A stretch of 64,000 bases of DNA, from NCBI RefSeq assembly GCF_009914755.1, contig NC_060927.1; one strand, 5' to 3'. The notes under the pieces were generated by a model. It did not search any database. It saw only the letters and a list, made by a program, of their open reading frames with translations, and had not been told where the DNA came from. Shown here one piece after another: positions 1-14,540 of this stretch (positions within the stretch are counted from its first letter, which is position 1; each line of letters begins with the position of its first letter). The stretch comes from the human T2T-CHM13v2.0 reference genome, Homo sapiens. The translations under genes were made by a program, and so were the position numbers.

Positions 1-190
1 TCACTGCTTCTACTCACAATTCATCCCACAGTCCACGTATTTAGTTTCTATCATTCAACAAATAATTGAGCACCTACTACATGAAAGAAACTAAAATTAT
101 ACTCTAATGTACTGCACTAAACTACCCAAAAATATAATCCAATTTCAGCTGCTGCCATTTGAATATTTCTACAACTCTAAATTTCCAGTC

Positions 191-504
191 AGCCAGGCAT
201 GGTGGCTCACACCTGTAATCCCAACACTTTGGGAAGCTGAGGGAGGGGATCACTGGAGCCCAAGAGTTTGAGATCAGCCCAGGCAACATGGTGAGACCAC
301 ATCTCTACAAAAAAAATTGAAAATTAGCCAGGCGTGGTGGTACATGCCTGTGGTCCCAGGTACTCGGAAGGCTGAGGCAAGAGGATCACTTGAATCCACG
401 AGGTAGAGGCTGCAGTGAGCTGCTGCGTTCACACAACTGCATTCCAGCCTGGGCAACAGATCAAGAGCCTCACGTTCGTTCATTCAATAATAAATAAATA
501 AATA
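191..504 (+). mobile_element. Alu (J-like)
   Basis: Dimeric Alu with (AATA)n tail. Confidence 0.9.
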
Positions 505-3316
505 GCATATTTCTAGTCATCTTCCCCTCTTCCCTACCTCCAACTGCATTCCACTTCCATATTCTAATCCTACTGCTATCAAACTAATTCAAGCCCTTCT
601 TAATATCTCCAGTAGCCACCTAACTGGTCTTTTTGTTTTCTAACTGGTCTTTTCACATACAATCTTACTCTACCACCACATTACCCGCAATCTACCCAGT
701 AAGGTATAGCTATTGCCAGCTATCTAATATACGGTCCTTGGCTCAATTCTCTACTCAGAAAAGTTCAACAGCTATACACTAATGATTTCTGCTAACATAC
801 TTTAATCATATGTTAACATACTTTAATTCTCACATCCTCACCATAACCCTTGCCAGGAAAGTATGATTATCAATTTTATGAGAAAATGGAAACTCAGAAA
901 GGAAATAATTCTCCATAATCATACAGTGGGTAAACAGAAGAGCCAAGACTAAAACCCAGCTTCTGTTTGCTTACCAAGCACAACACTACATCATATCAAA
1001 TACAAACTACTTAGCTTAGCTTTCAAGGCCATCCATTTTCAACCCAACCCCAACTGACTCTCCTACCTTGTATTATACCTTATTCATGAACTCTCTGCGT
1101 TCCAAACTATAGATTGTGATTAATTATTTTGTCGGTCATGAAATCAGTTTAATGAGTGACAATCAGCTTTTTTTTCTTCCCCCTTGGCCAGCTTTTTTCT
1201 TTTTAGTCAAACAAAATAGATAACATCCAACTGCACCTGCCACTGTTAAGGACAGTTACTGTATTATGAAACTTCTTGTTTTACCCACACACAAACATTC
1301 ATACATGCATATATTAGATAGAAGTGTGACATGTATTTCTTACTATAGGTCATAGTTTAAAAATTAAAACCTAACTCACCATTCCCCACATCTCCTGGGC
1401 TTCTCACCTCCAAGCCTTTGCTTACGCTAATCTCTCAGGCAGGAATGCTCTCTTTCAGTAATCTTTGCCAATCAAAATCCTATCAATCCAAAACTTAAAA
1501 AAAAAAATCTTATCAATCCCTTCAAAGACTAGCTAAAATTCCACTTTTATGCCTTTAAAGTTCTGTCTCAGGTTTTCTCCTAATCAAATGCATTTTCTGC
1601 CTTTTAAATTCAGTAATATTTGGTATATTTGTGACTCACAGATATATTTGTGATTATAGTACAGGTATTTGTGCACAAGTCCAGCTGCCCTACCACAATA
1701 TAAATCCCAAAGGTTTTATTCCTGACAGCAAAGCATTATATGCTTTTGCATATAACAAATGTGCATTATCTGTTAAATAAAGCTCATCCCATCATTTTCT
1801 GAAACCTTGTTATAAATCAACATAATTTAATAACTTCTACTATATTCCAAACTTCTGTTGACTCTTATCCTTCAAATAGCCTTACCATCTTCCTCCTCAA
1901 AACAGCCGTCTCAAATAATCCTCTTTACCCTCCATCTTCTCATGCTTTCCTCCAAAGATAGCCTGTCATATTTCAGTAATCTTTTCCCTCCTTCAGAATC
2001 ATGCTTTCTATCAGATACCACCTTTCCTTCCCCATCTGCTTATCTTCTACCTTATTCCTAGTTCTCTAACACCGATACACATTGATCTATATTCTTTAAA
2101 CAGATTTTTCTTTTCTTCATCATCTCTTTAACCAGATTTATTGAATTATTTCAATTCATTGCTAGTGCATATAGTTTGGCAGCCCTGTTAAGTCCTTTGT
2201 AGAAAAAGGCAGGTTATGAATAAATGAAAAAGAAACATAAAACATATAGACAATTCAGATCTCCTAAATTATCTCAAATATCTCATTCATTCATTCATTC
2301 ATTCATTCAACAAGCTCGTGTCTACTGGACACATGCCCTCAGTTCTGTCTATTCTATTCCGTAATTCAGAAAGCAGCTTTGAGAAAAGCATGCAGGAAAA
2401 TGCCAGGATAACAGGGCCAAGTTGACTCATGCTCTTCTCTCATGAAGGCCAAGTAATTTGTGGGGTACAGGCTCATAAAAGAACAACTAAAAGTTACACT
2501 ATACGAAGACGGAAAACAGACCCCATAGTTGTTTCAGGGGGCTCAACATCTACCAACAAATGTGAATCTGAAAGGAACAAACCAGTAGGAGTAGCTAAAA
2601 TGAAACAGGCAGAAAGCATTCAGACAAAAATAGATCCAGACTCTAGGTTCACTTTAGGGCTGCAAGAGGAATTTGGAGTCATTTAGTTCCTCTCTGAGAT
2701 CCCTAAGGAATCTTTTCAAATATAAGTATGGTTCACTTAAATCATTTCACCAAACCTTAGCCAATGTTCATTTCTCCATTCCCTGAACTCCTACAGCACT
2801 TACTGTCTGTAAAACTCATTTGTGAACTTAAACTATCTTGCTCAAGGTAATAAAATTATTAACAAACATACTCAGAATTTATTTCATCTGAGAAAAATGA
2901 GTTTTTAAAAAATTTATTTACACATTCAAATCAGTATGGTCCTCTTTAAAATAAGTTACTTTGGAAGGCTACCACTTACTCATTTATTCACTCCATCCAT
3001 CCAACCATCTGATGCACTCAACCAACATTTATGTAGTGCCTAACTAACTACATGTGAAGCTATCACCCCTGTTCAAAATATTTCCAACTTCCTCCTTGGG
3101 AGTGTTTTCAAAATCAGCTAATAAGTCAACCAAGAAAATTATTCCCGTTTCTGTGATTAACTGGATTTAAGGCAAAACTATTTTTCATTCACTCTATTTG
3201 ATATTGACTAACCTTCAGCATTTCTAAAAATCAAAATTTCAAAGTAAAAAGATCTGTCATCAATAAGACCATTCAGAATAAGATTATACCATGTATTATT
3301 TAAAAGTGTGCCTCTT

Positions 3317-4070
<754 letters not shown>

Positions 4071-4343
4071 GTGTGCCTCTTGAAGGGATTATGAACTCCT
4101 AGCAAACAGGGACCATGTTTCGCTCACCTTTATAGACCCCTTCCCCCAACAGCACACACTAGATACTCAATAAATAGGTAAATTCTATAGAATTGTACTC
4201 AGAAGTTAATTCAGAAAAGGTGTTCTAAAAACATTCTGAACACTGCTACTGAAAATGACCACCGAAATATAAAAGTTCTTATCTGGAGATATAATTTTGA
4301 TATTTGTTTTTAAAAATCAACTTTCTGAAATCTTATACCATTA

Positions 4344-4692
<349 letters not shown>

Positions 4693-5726
4693 TTATTTTT
4701 ACTATCCTAAAAAAGAATTAAATCAGACAGTCCTAAAACAGTCATTTATGCCTGAGGTAAAAAAAAAAAATCTAAATTAAACCAGCACCCTGCTACAGAC
4801 CAGATTTTACTCCAGATTAAACTAGCTTCAAATTTAGAAGAGACCCCTTGGTCCCACCTCTTCCAAGTTGTTACAGAACCACTGCAATTCCATTCTAATC
4901 CAGTCTGTCTTCTTCCCTTAAATCTAAAGGTCCTCTCCAGATATCCCTTTTGTCCTTCACGCTGTCAAACACACACACACACAGTTTTGCCTACAATACC
5001 CCCAAAGTACTCAGCAATTTCATACAATCCCACTATTATCACTAACAGTGAACACTACTTTCTATCAGTCATTCAACAGGTATTTATTAAGCACTTAAGA
5101 ATCAACCTGCTGTTAGTTTCCCTAGAGACTACAGGAAGTCTCTGCTCTAGAACAGGTTACAATGTACCATTTGCAAAACAAAGAGAATAATTGTCACAAA
5201 TACAAAATTTAGCAATACATAAACTACATGTGAATACTGTTACTACTGAAAGTAAGGAAGACTCTCAAGAGTTGCCATTACTTAGACTCCCAAAAAGAAG
5301 TGGAGTAATTATCTTTCTAATCTCCCAACATCCACCATAGTGATTTGCACCTCATACACAAATTTCAAAAACATTAATATTTTATGACTCTAACCTAACA
5401 GAGGAGATTGGGCCCAGTATAGTTTTTTCCTACCACATTCCCAACATATTAGTGACTTAAACATGCTAATTTCCTTAAAAATGACAAAAATTTTAGTCTC
5501 ATCACCATAAGGTAAACCTCCTTCACATTAACTATATCCAAATCCCCCTCAAAATTCTTTACCTTTTCTTCAGCCTCCTCAAAATGTATCACCACCTCCA
5601 TCAAACCCTGTTCCTCATCCTCATCCTCCTCTTACCACATTTCCCATCTCTCCCTACTACATCCCCCCAAAAAACACATGTATATGCCAATCCATTACCT
5701 CCTAAAAATAAAAACATAAGAATTGT

Positions 5727-6330
5727 GGCCGGGCACGGTGGCTCACGCCTGTAATCCTAGCACTTTGGGAGGCTGAGGCAAGCAGACCACTTGAGCCCAA
5801 GAGTGCAAGACCAGCCTGGGCAACATGACGAAACCCCGTCTCTATAAAAAATACAAAAAAAGTTAGCTGGGAGTGGTGGCTCATGCCTGTATTCCCGGCT
5901 ACTTGTGGGGCTGAGGTGAGAGGATTGCTTGAGCCCAGGAGGTGGAGGCTGCAGTGAGCTGGGAACATGCGCACTGCACTTCAGCCTGGGTGACAAAGTG
6001 AGACCCTGTTTCAAAAAAAAAAAAAAAAGGGGGGGGGGGGCAGGGCGAAGTGGCTCACGCCTGTAATCCCAGCATTTTGGGAAGCCGAAGCGGACAGATC
6101 ATGAGGTCAGGAGATCGAGACCATCTACAGTGAAACCCTGTCTCTACTAAAAACACAAAAAAATTAGCCAGGTGTGGTAGCGGGCACCTGTAATCTCAGC
6201 TACTCAGGAGGCTGAGGCAGGAGAATTGCTTGAACCCAGGAGGCAGAGGTTGCAGTGAGCCGAGATCGTGCCACTGCACTTCAGCCTGAGCGACAAAGCT
6301 AGACTCCGTCTCAAAAAAAAAAAAAAAAAA
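5727..6330 (+). mobile_element. Two tandem Alus (J-like, then Sc-like) joined by an A-run/G-run
   Basis: Alu 5727-6028, G-run ~6029-6040, Alu ~6040-6330; AAGAATTG flanks the pair. Confidence 0.9.
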
Positions 6331-6436
6331 GAATTGCCACAGAACCCTAGAAAAAACATTCAAGGGTCATTTTAATGCATTTCCAGATTTCCCACACTAA
6401 AACTCTCCAGAAGACTGTCAAAGAATACTGCAATCA

Positions 6437-6770
<334 letters not shown>

Positions 6771-7338
6771 CTATCATTGTCAAGCAACTCCTCTTCATCT
6801 CTAACAAGCAAATCTTACACTGCAAAGATGGTTCCTACAACATGGTCTTTCTGATAGGTCCATCCAAACTTCTCTTTATCATCTCATCCAGCATTTTTAG
6901 TCTAATTGTCAATGTTCTTTCTACTTCAGGAAAGCCATACCTAGGCTAAATCCCTAAAATACAATGGGGAAATCAAGAGATACAGCCTAAGATTGTTGGA
7001 TTCTAAAATCAAGGTTTAAGCATATTATTTAAAAATATAAACACACTGAATAAAATAACTAAAATAAATATCAAAGGTCAGAAAGGAGGAGAAAGGGGAT
7101 AATGTCAATGACACATTCATAAACATCTTCTGACTCCGATAATGTCATTTTGATAAATCAAGAAATAATATTATATGCCCATTACTTGGAGACATGGAAA
7201 AAAGCATGGTAAGAAATACAAAATTAATGCTTAAAAGTAGCAGCCTCAGTAAAGTGGAACTGCAATAGGCAGGTGAGACAGGGGCTGCTGTTTTTCATTG
7301 TAAGTTCCCTCAGAACAATTTTATAATAAAAGAGTAGA

Positions 7339-7645
<307 letters not shown>

Positions 7646-7805
7646 TTAAAAAGGGTAGAAAGACAATAATGACATATTTAAGTGCATTCTGCTTACAAAA
7701 ATTAAAAGAACAGATAATATACAGTGCTGGTGAGGGAAAAGGGAAGGAAGACTAGCCTTCTCATGCCATGATGACAATAAAATTGAGTACAGCATACTAT
7801 GTTTA

Positions 7806-8042
<237 letters not shown>

Positions 8043-9754
8043 TGTATATAGTTTTTTCTTAATAAAAGGTGAATAATATCCGGGTAGTTTTTAAGAGTAT
8101 GGTTCTAGCCCAGAGTTCCCTCTTGGAAATCTGGTCTGGTGTGAGCTCAGCAAATCCAGAGAGAGCTTGGTTCATTTCCTGACATAGAGATGCTAATCCT
8201 CCCTCCAACCTGGCTCTAGAGTCGTCCAGTCTCCTAGGTTCCCCTAGACCTTCTGATAACTAGTCCTGACCTCCTTGCAACCTAAAACCAAAACAGATAT
8301 TCTAGCTCCTCCATTCTGCAGGCCCACACTTTGCTGGCTGATACGTTTTCTTCAATGCCATCATGCCTGAATGAGAGTATTCTCTCACTGGAGAACTCCC
8401 TCACAGTTCACTTCAGGAACTGTGAATGGCAGAAGATCTCCCACCAGCCACAGATTTATGGAACCAATCCAGCCAACTAATTTGAGCTACAAATGAAGTA
8501 TCTAAAGAAGAGCCAGCAAGCATGTCTTCCCCCCGACCATTAATTATAATCTTGTGTACTGCAATCCAGGCTGAATAATACGGCACCAATTCTCCTGGAC
8601 CAGATAAACTGGGCAGTGAAGAAAACCACCAAGTCAATTAATTTCCATTCCAGCGTTTGCCAGGATAGTATTTACCCAACCTCGGGTAAGTGTTAATACT
8701 TCAAATTTTCTAAAATCGAAGCTCCATAGCCTAAGGAATCCCCACAGGCCAGACCCTTTCTCAAGGTCTGCTTCAGAGGTTCTCATACTCATTGGTGCAC
8801 GTCTAAAATGTCACAGACCAAACTACAGACTAAAATCTAATTCTCAGTGACCCCAACCACGGCCCAGACCCACACTTACCAGATGTCATCTACTGAACAG
8901 CCCACACAGGTTCGGAACTAGGCCATCCCGGCCCATCTGGAATAACTCTTCAGTACTTAGGCCAATATTTATTAATTATACTACATCTGTCTATTCTATT
9001 ATGCATTCCCTGCATCTTCTCTACTATTTAGCACTCCCTCTTGCTTCAAACGCGATCCTTTCTATTCACGGGAACTCCTATCTCCCTTCTTTCCTTCCCT
9101 GAGAAACGCTTCAGTTCTTTCCATAATGAAATACCTAACGTATCTGCACAATGAACACCCCCCAGAATCCTCAAGACTCCTCCACAGCCACCTCCCCGCA
9201 TTCCTCCACCTCTCCGGCATCTTTCCTCCGGCCCCTCGCCCTGTTCGCACTCCCACTACGTTTCCTGCAAGCATTCCCTTTTCTCCAACCCCTGCCCTTC
9301 CCTTCTCCCAAAGAGCACACTCCGGCAGCAACAGTGACTGAGGCCTGCGGTGCATAAAGCACTGCACCAGGCACGGTGGACAGAGCCCTGGTGTCTCCCT
9401 AGCCTTTTCACACCCACACCCAGCACCCTCCGGCCTCCCCGTGCAAACATCCCACCTCCTCCCCTACCTCTGACACCCGCCTCCAGCCTCGGAGGCCGCC
9501 TTCTCGCCTCCGCCACCCCCGTCATTATCCCTCCTCAACCCCCCAACCCACCCTCCGCGCCCTGCTTCCTCACGTCCCCCAGCCAGCCCCAGCGTTTCCC
9601 TCGGCCTCGGCTGGCCCCCTGGCCACCCCCAGCCTCGCCACGGCTCGCTCCCCCCGGGGTCAGGCCGTTACCGCCGCGCGCTCCCCCCGCGCGCCGCCCC
9701 CTCCCCCTCCCCCGCCCTCCCCCGGGCCCGGGCCTGCCAGGCCGAGCGCTTTAC

Positions 9755-10010
9755 CGCGGGCGGGCGCCGAGTCGCGCGGTCACCGACTGCAGGCGGCGGC
9801 AGCTCCAACCTTTCTAGGGGCCTTGAGAGGAGGGGAAGGGGGGAGGGGGGAGAACTTTTGCTGTGGCAGCTTCGGCAACAGCTCCCACCCCTGCGCCTTT
9901 CTCCTCTTCCTCCCCCTCCTCCTCCTCCTCCTCTTCCTCCTTCTCTTCCTCCTCCCAGAGCAGTAGAGACGCAGACATGCCGCAGCTAGAGCGCCGCCGC
10001 GGTCGCCGCC
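9755..10010 (-). other. ZNF148: Non-coding first exon (5' UTR) of a minus-strand gene, probably ZNF148/ZBP-89; TSS position approximate
   Basis: Donor CCCGCG|GTAAAG on the minus strand (intron starts at 9754) inside the CpG island. The GAG-rich leader ...GGGAGCTGTTGCCGAAGCTGCCACAGCAAAAG...GGCGCCCGCCCGCG matches my recollection of the ZNF148 mRNA 5' end. No coding exon is present to confirm the identity. Confidence 0.6.
9893..9957. repeat. Polypurine/polypyrimidine (CCT/TCC)n low-complexity tract in exon 1
   Basis: Directly visible: ttctcctcttcctccccctcctcctcctcctcctcttcctccttctcttcctcctccc. Confidence 0.9.
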
Positions 10011-10020
10011 ACTGCCGGCC

Positions 10021-10036
10021 CGGTGCATTGTGGGAA
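10021..10036 (-). promoter_or_regulatory. ZNF143/Staf binding site (SBS)
   Basis: Minus strand reads TTCCCACAATGCACCG, a near-consensus ZNF143 motif, immediately upstream of the inferred TSS region. Confidence 0.75.
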
Positions 10037-11962
10037 GCCCCGCACACGGGAAGCGCTCCGCGGCGCCCGCCCTCGTCTGGCGCAGAGACCTGGCTGGAAA
10101 GACACAGCGTGGCTTCGATTCCGGCGCCTGCGTGTCACCAGCCCAGGGTGGCCGTGGAAGCTGGACCCGAGCCGCAGGCCCCCCAGGCTGGGCCTGGGAG
10201 GAAAGCGGTTTGAAAAAGATCGGAACTGAGGAACTCTCTTAGAGCGGGGGACTCCCTGCTCCTACAGCCTTAACCAATGCCCAGCGCTTGGAAAGTGGAG
10301 GACTCGGGGAATCGGGAGCGTTTCAGGCCTGGGGAAATGGAAGGGTCGGGGACCTAGGTGAAAGGTTATTTGCCAGAAATGTCTTGGCTTTTTCATTTAT
10401 TCTGTCTTACCTAGCCCTTCGCCGCCACCTCCAGTCGTTGGCCTCTTACCACCTTCAAATGCCACCTTTTCCGGAAGATGTAGCCCTGCGCCCTTGAAAC
10501 TGGCAAACCCTATTAGTGTCTGCAAGCTGAGATGCAGGGTGTGGGCATAGACACAGATCAAGAGATCCGGCCCTGGACCCTCTTGGGCAGAACCTTGCCC
10601 TTCTCATTTCACCTGAAGCCCAAACTTTGTATGGCAAAGACTTGGTAATGATCTCTATAGAGCTAGGATTACACAGTTGTCTCATCCTTTGGGGGCCCTT
10701 TAGCCAAACTGTGACCTCCTTAATGGTGCCTTCGTCAGCTAACATTAGGCGCCCTGAGGTGCTTCTGCATACTGCCATCGTTTACAATTACTCATCTTTG
10801 TGTACACACCCTAGCACAAGGTCAGCCATATAACATAAAAGATGCTCAGTGAATGTTGAGTAATTGTGAGCATCTGGAACTTGCCGTGGGATAAAACGCG
10901 TTCATTGGGATTTCTTCATAATAATATGAAGATTCCATTTAGCGCCTCTCTGCAATACTTAAACGTAACCTTTGAGGGGAGAGGGAAAAGAAAAGGCATG
11001 AAAATATCTATAGAGCCATTTCTGGTGTTCTCCTTCCCTTTTCCACACCCGCCTTCCCACCCCTTGCCAACTAAATGTTCATTTGAATAGTGCTTTTTGG
11101 CAAAATTCCAAACTCCTGCATTATGCACTTGTGATGACACTGAATTAGATTAGTGTCTGCAAGGTTAATGTTCCCTCAGGCATTAACCTTAGTAAATCGT
11201 GATGCCTGTTTAGAAATAGCTAAGGCCCAGAGGTTCAGCTTAATTTAGACACAGGTAACTAAGAGCAAGAGTAAACCACAGCTCCACAATCAACTCTCTC
11301 TGTGTGCTTTCTCCATTAAAAAATATAAATTTTAATAAGATGACCGCACATATTCTGAATGTTAATTGCAACAAAACAATGACACAAGTTAGAGCCAAGG
11401 GACAGTTATCTGGAGGACAGCCTTCTGGCAACTTCTAGCACCCGCAGTGGCATCAAATTCAGACGTCATAATGAAAAACACCTCTGGCAGCAAGAAAGCC
11501 GACTCTCAGTATTAGGCAGTGGGAAAACTAATAACTGAAAAGGGCTCAAGGCCTGGAGGTTACATCCAATGGGCTAGGATTGATTGGTTTGCTATTAGGA
11601 ATAGATCTAGTTCTCTGCTCAGCAGCCTAACAAGCGATAGAGAAACAGCTGTCTAAAATGGGCAGAACGAAGAGCACTACAGGGATAGTAACAGCAAAAG
11701 CGATGGTGAGGAGCAAGCTTAGGTCCTTTATAAGTTAAACTGGAAAAACTTCTCAGCTTCAGGTTGGCTCTCCATGCTCCTCTTGCTCACTTCCCTAAAC
11801 ACCACCCGTAGGTACTCAGCCTACTTACTTTTCCTTTTTTTTTTTTTAACTTTTTATTTTGAAATAATTATAGACTCACAAGAAGTTGCAAAAATAGTCC
11901 AGAGTCCCATGCTTTCCCCAATGGTGACATCTTACAAAGCTCTAGTAAGACATCAAAATCAG

Positions 11963-12406
11963 TGTCAACCTAAATAACAGAGAGGCTTTCTAAAAGAAAA
12001 TAATGTTTATTTGGGAATAGAGCATTGCAATGAAAATATACACATCACAGTTAACCGCATATTCAGGGATGTAAAGGAAGACAAAGGTGTTTAAAGGAAA
12101 AAATGGAAAGGATTACATAATTGTTTTGAAATAATTATCCTTGACTACAAAGATCAATAACAAGGGTGACGCCAGTCCGAGGTTGGACAGGCATTTGCTG
12201 GGGAGATGTCCTTGCAGAAGTATTTTTTTATGTAAGGTTGTGATGGCCTTTGTGCAAGGTTGTGGGTTTTGCAGTCTTTTTTTGATAGTTTTTGTTATCA
12301 GGTATACAAATGTAAGAACCCTCTCTTCGTAGGCAGCCTTCCCTAGCTCTGTTTGTCAGGGTTTCTTAACATTAGTAACTCCATTTTGATTGTGACAACT
12401 TTCACA
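11963..12406 (-). mobile_element. ERV1 solo LTR, MER65-like
   Basis: TG...CA termini; reverse complement begins TGTGAAAGTTGTCACAATCAAAATGGAG; 4-bp TSD TCAG/CCAG. Confidence 0.75.
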
Positions 12407-12487
12407 CCAGGAAATCGACAACAGTACATTACTGTTTACTATAGACTTCAGAACTTATTACTTGCCATTTTCTTAACCTGTGTTCTG

Positions 12488-12490
<3 letters not shown>

Positions 12491-12526
<36 letters not shown>
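12491..12526. repeat. (TG)18 microsatellite
   Basis: Directly visible. Confidence 0.97.
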
Positions 12527-12527
<1 letters not shown>

Positions 12528-13949
12528 TTCAATGCAACTTTACCTCACTTACAGATCCTTGTAACCACTCCTATAATGAAGACATAGAACTGTTCCATCA
12601 CCACAAAAGAACTCCCTCATACTACCTTTTGGTATTCACAAATCCCCTTCCGCACTGCAACCGCTCACCCAACTCCATGCCTGTCCTCTAGTAACCACTA
12701 AACTATTCTCCATCTCTATACTTTCATCATTTCAAAAATGTTATCTAAGTGGAATCATACAGCATGTAAACTTTTGAGATTGATGTTTTAACCTAAACAT
12801 AAAGGTCCACAGCTCAAGCAAATCTAAAGGGCACAGACACTTCCAGCTGATGGTTTCCAAGGGGGAATGTAATATTTAGGAAATCAAGAGAAGTCAGGAA
12901 TCTGAGTTTTGGGGTGAAACCTCACAAATATTAAATGTTGACAACTCATTCTGTTTTTTTTTAAGAACACAAAAGCATGTCAGACAAAACATGCCTGTGG
13001 GCCAGATTAAGTCCATAGCCCCCGGTATATCTTCTCTGATGTGACCTAACCCATAGAGGCTGGCACCGCTGTTCTGACAGGTGAGATTCTCAGGGACTCC
13101 CAAGGCCTCTTTCCTCTCTTCTGGCTCTGGAATTAGTTCTGAGGCTTGGTCTTTGCACTCCTTCCAGGAGAAGAATGTACTTCCATCTCTTTCCTGCTTC
13201 ACCAGGTCTTCAGACCCTCCTCTAGTAATCTCTTTCCTTCCTTTTTTCTAGTATTCTCAGACTCAAGACTAGATGGAAGTTCTGTCTTCTCTATCCTTAT
13301 GGCTCCCTGCAGCACTAGCCATTCGTCAAAGCTGGTTCTACCTTAAGGATAAACTTGTCCTTTTCTTTGCAAAACTCTAAATTCATAGCTTTGCTACAGA
13401 TTAATCCACAAGAACCTGCCTCTACTGCGTCACTCCTACTGTACCCAGAAAAATATGGCTTTTCCTGTTCCTAAAGGAGTTCTTTTCCTGGGACATCCTG
13501 GGACCCCCTGAATTCCTGCTTCAGATATGCTTCAGGCCTGGGGAAATGGAAGGGTTGGGGACCTAGGTGAAAGGTTATTTGCCAGAAATTTCTTAGCTTT
13601 TTTGTTTATTCTCTCTTACCTAGCCCTCCGCTGGAGGGCAAAGGGCATCCCAGATAGCTGATATATTCTAAAACTAATGAATAGTCTACTGTCTCCTGCT
13701 GAGGATATAGAGTGGAGGTAATTTCTTGAGTTTGAGACAAAAAACCCTGCACCTCTTAGAAACATCTAAAGAAGGTACTAGGTTGCACTAAAGTTCATCA
13801 GTTGTGAGATAACTATGGTTTAGAGGGGCACAAGGGAAGACACCACTGAAAGGCCAAGATACATAAGAATGAATGAAAATGAGGTCTTGGGCCAGGATGA
13901 TATTTGTGGGTAAGGAAAAAATAAATAATATGAGGATAATATCTACTAG

Positions 13950-14540
13950 TGCCTAGAGGTTAGTCTGGTGATTAAGTCCACAGATTCTGCAGCTGAAGCC
14001 AGGGTTTGAATCCTGACTCTACCACTTACTGGCTTTGCAATCTTAAGTTACTTAACCTCTCTGTGCTGTCAAGTGCCCCATCTAGCAAATGGAGCTAAGA
14101 ATAGTACCTTCTTTTTAGGGATATTATGGCTATTAAATATTAACATAGAGTAGTTTAGTGTTTGTTTATTTATTTATTTATTTTAGAGACAAGGTCTCTG
14201 TTGCCCAGGCTGGAAGGCAGTGGTACAATCATAGTTCACTGCAGCCTCAAACTCCCAGGCTCAAGTGATCCTCCCACCTCAGCCTCCTGAGTACCTGGGA
14301 CTACAAGTGTGCACCACCATGCCTGGCTGATTTTTGTATTTTTGTAGCAATAGGATCTGGCAGTATTGCCCAGGCTGATCTCAAAGTCCTGGCCTCAAAG
14401 CGAGCCTCCCAGCTCGGCCTCCCTAAATACTGGGATTACAGGCATGAACCACCACACCTGGCAATGTAAAGCAGTTAGAACAATAACTGACACATAGTTA
14501 AATGTTCTATGTGGTGTTGATATTGTAGTTGCTATTATTA
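13950..14540. mobile_element. MIR interrupted by a minus-strand AluJ (~14160-14463)
   Basis: MIR core GGGTTTGAATCCTGACTCTACCACTTACTGGCT...AAGTTACTTAACCTCTCTGTG; the Alu has its T-rich tail on the left. Confidence 0.8.

Larger units (their letters stand above)
9400..10330. promoter_or_regulatory. CpG-island promoter
   Basis: Abrupt GC- and CpG-dense segment (many CGCG, CCGC, GGCGG) in otherwise CpG-poor DNA, with GC boxes and no interspersed repeats. Confidence 0.93.
11835..12800 (-). mobile_element. Old L1M 3'-end fragment interrupted by an LTR and a (TG)n
   Basis: T-rich start followed by TTTTATTTTGAAATAATTATAGACTCACAAGAAGTTGCAAAAATAG, typical of L1M 3' ends; resumes after 12407. Confidence 0.7.

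Noticed and set aside
618-1520. Micro-duplications (TAACTGGTCTTTT x2, TAACATACTTTAAT x2, AAAATCYTATCAATCC x2); similar pairs near 42290, 51905 and 61478
   Set aside because: 13-16-bp near-tandem repeats are common slippage products; only two units each with no array structure, so not CRISPR-like.
2900-3300. Possible MARNA/mariner-like remnant (also near 26690-26850)
   Set aside because: Similarity recalled from memory is too weak to set boundaries or a family.
6013-6041. A-run followed by a G-run
   Set aside because: Simple homopolymer expansion at the junction of an Alu tail and the next Alu's GG start.
8871-8883. Consensus minus-strand donor CTG|GTAAGT in intron 1
   Set aside because: No matching acceptor or promoter can be supported from sequence alone; such motifs occur by chance.
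9350-10242. Pro/Arg/Ser-rich plus-strand ORFs (155 aa, 116 aa and others)
   Set aside because: Expected stop-poor frames of a GC-rich CpG island and CCT repeat; no domain similarity recognised.
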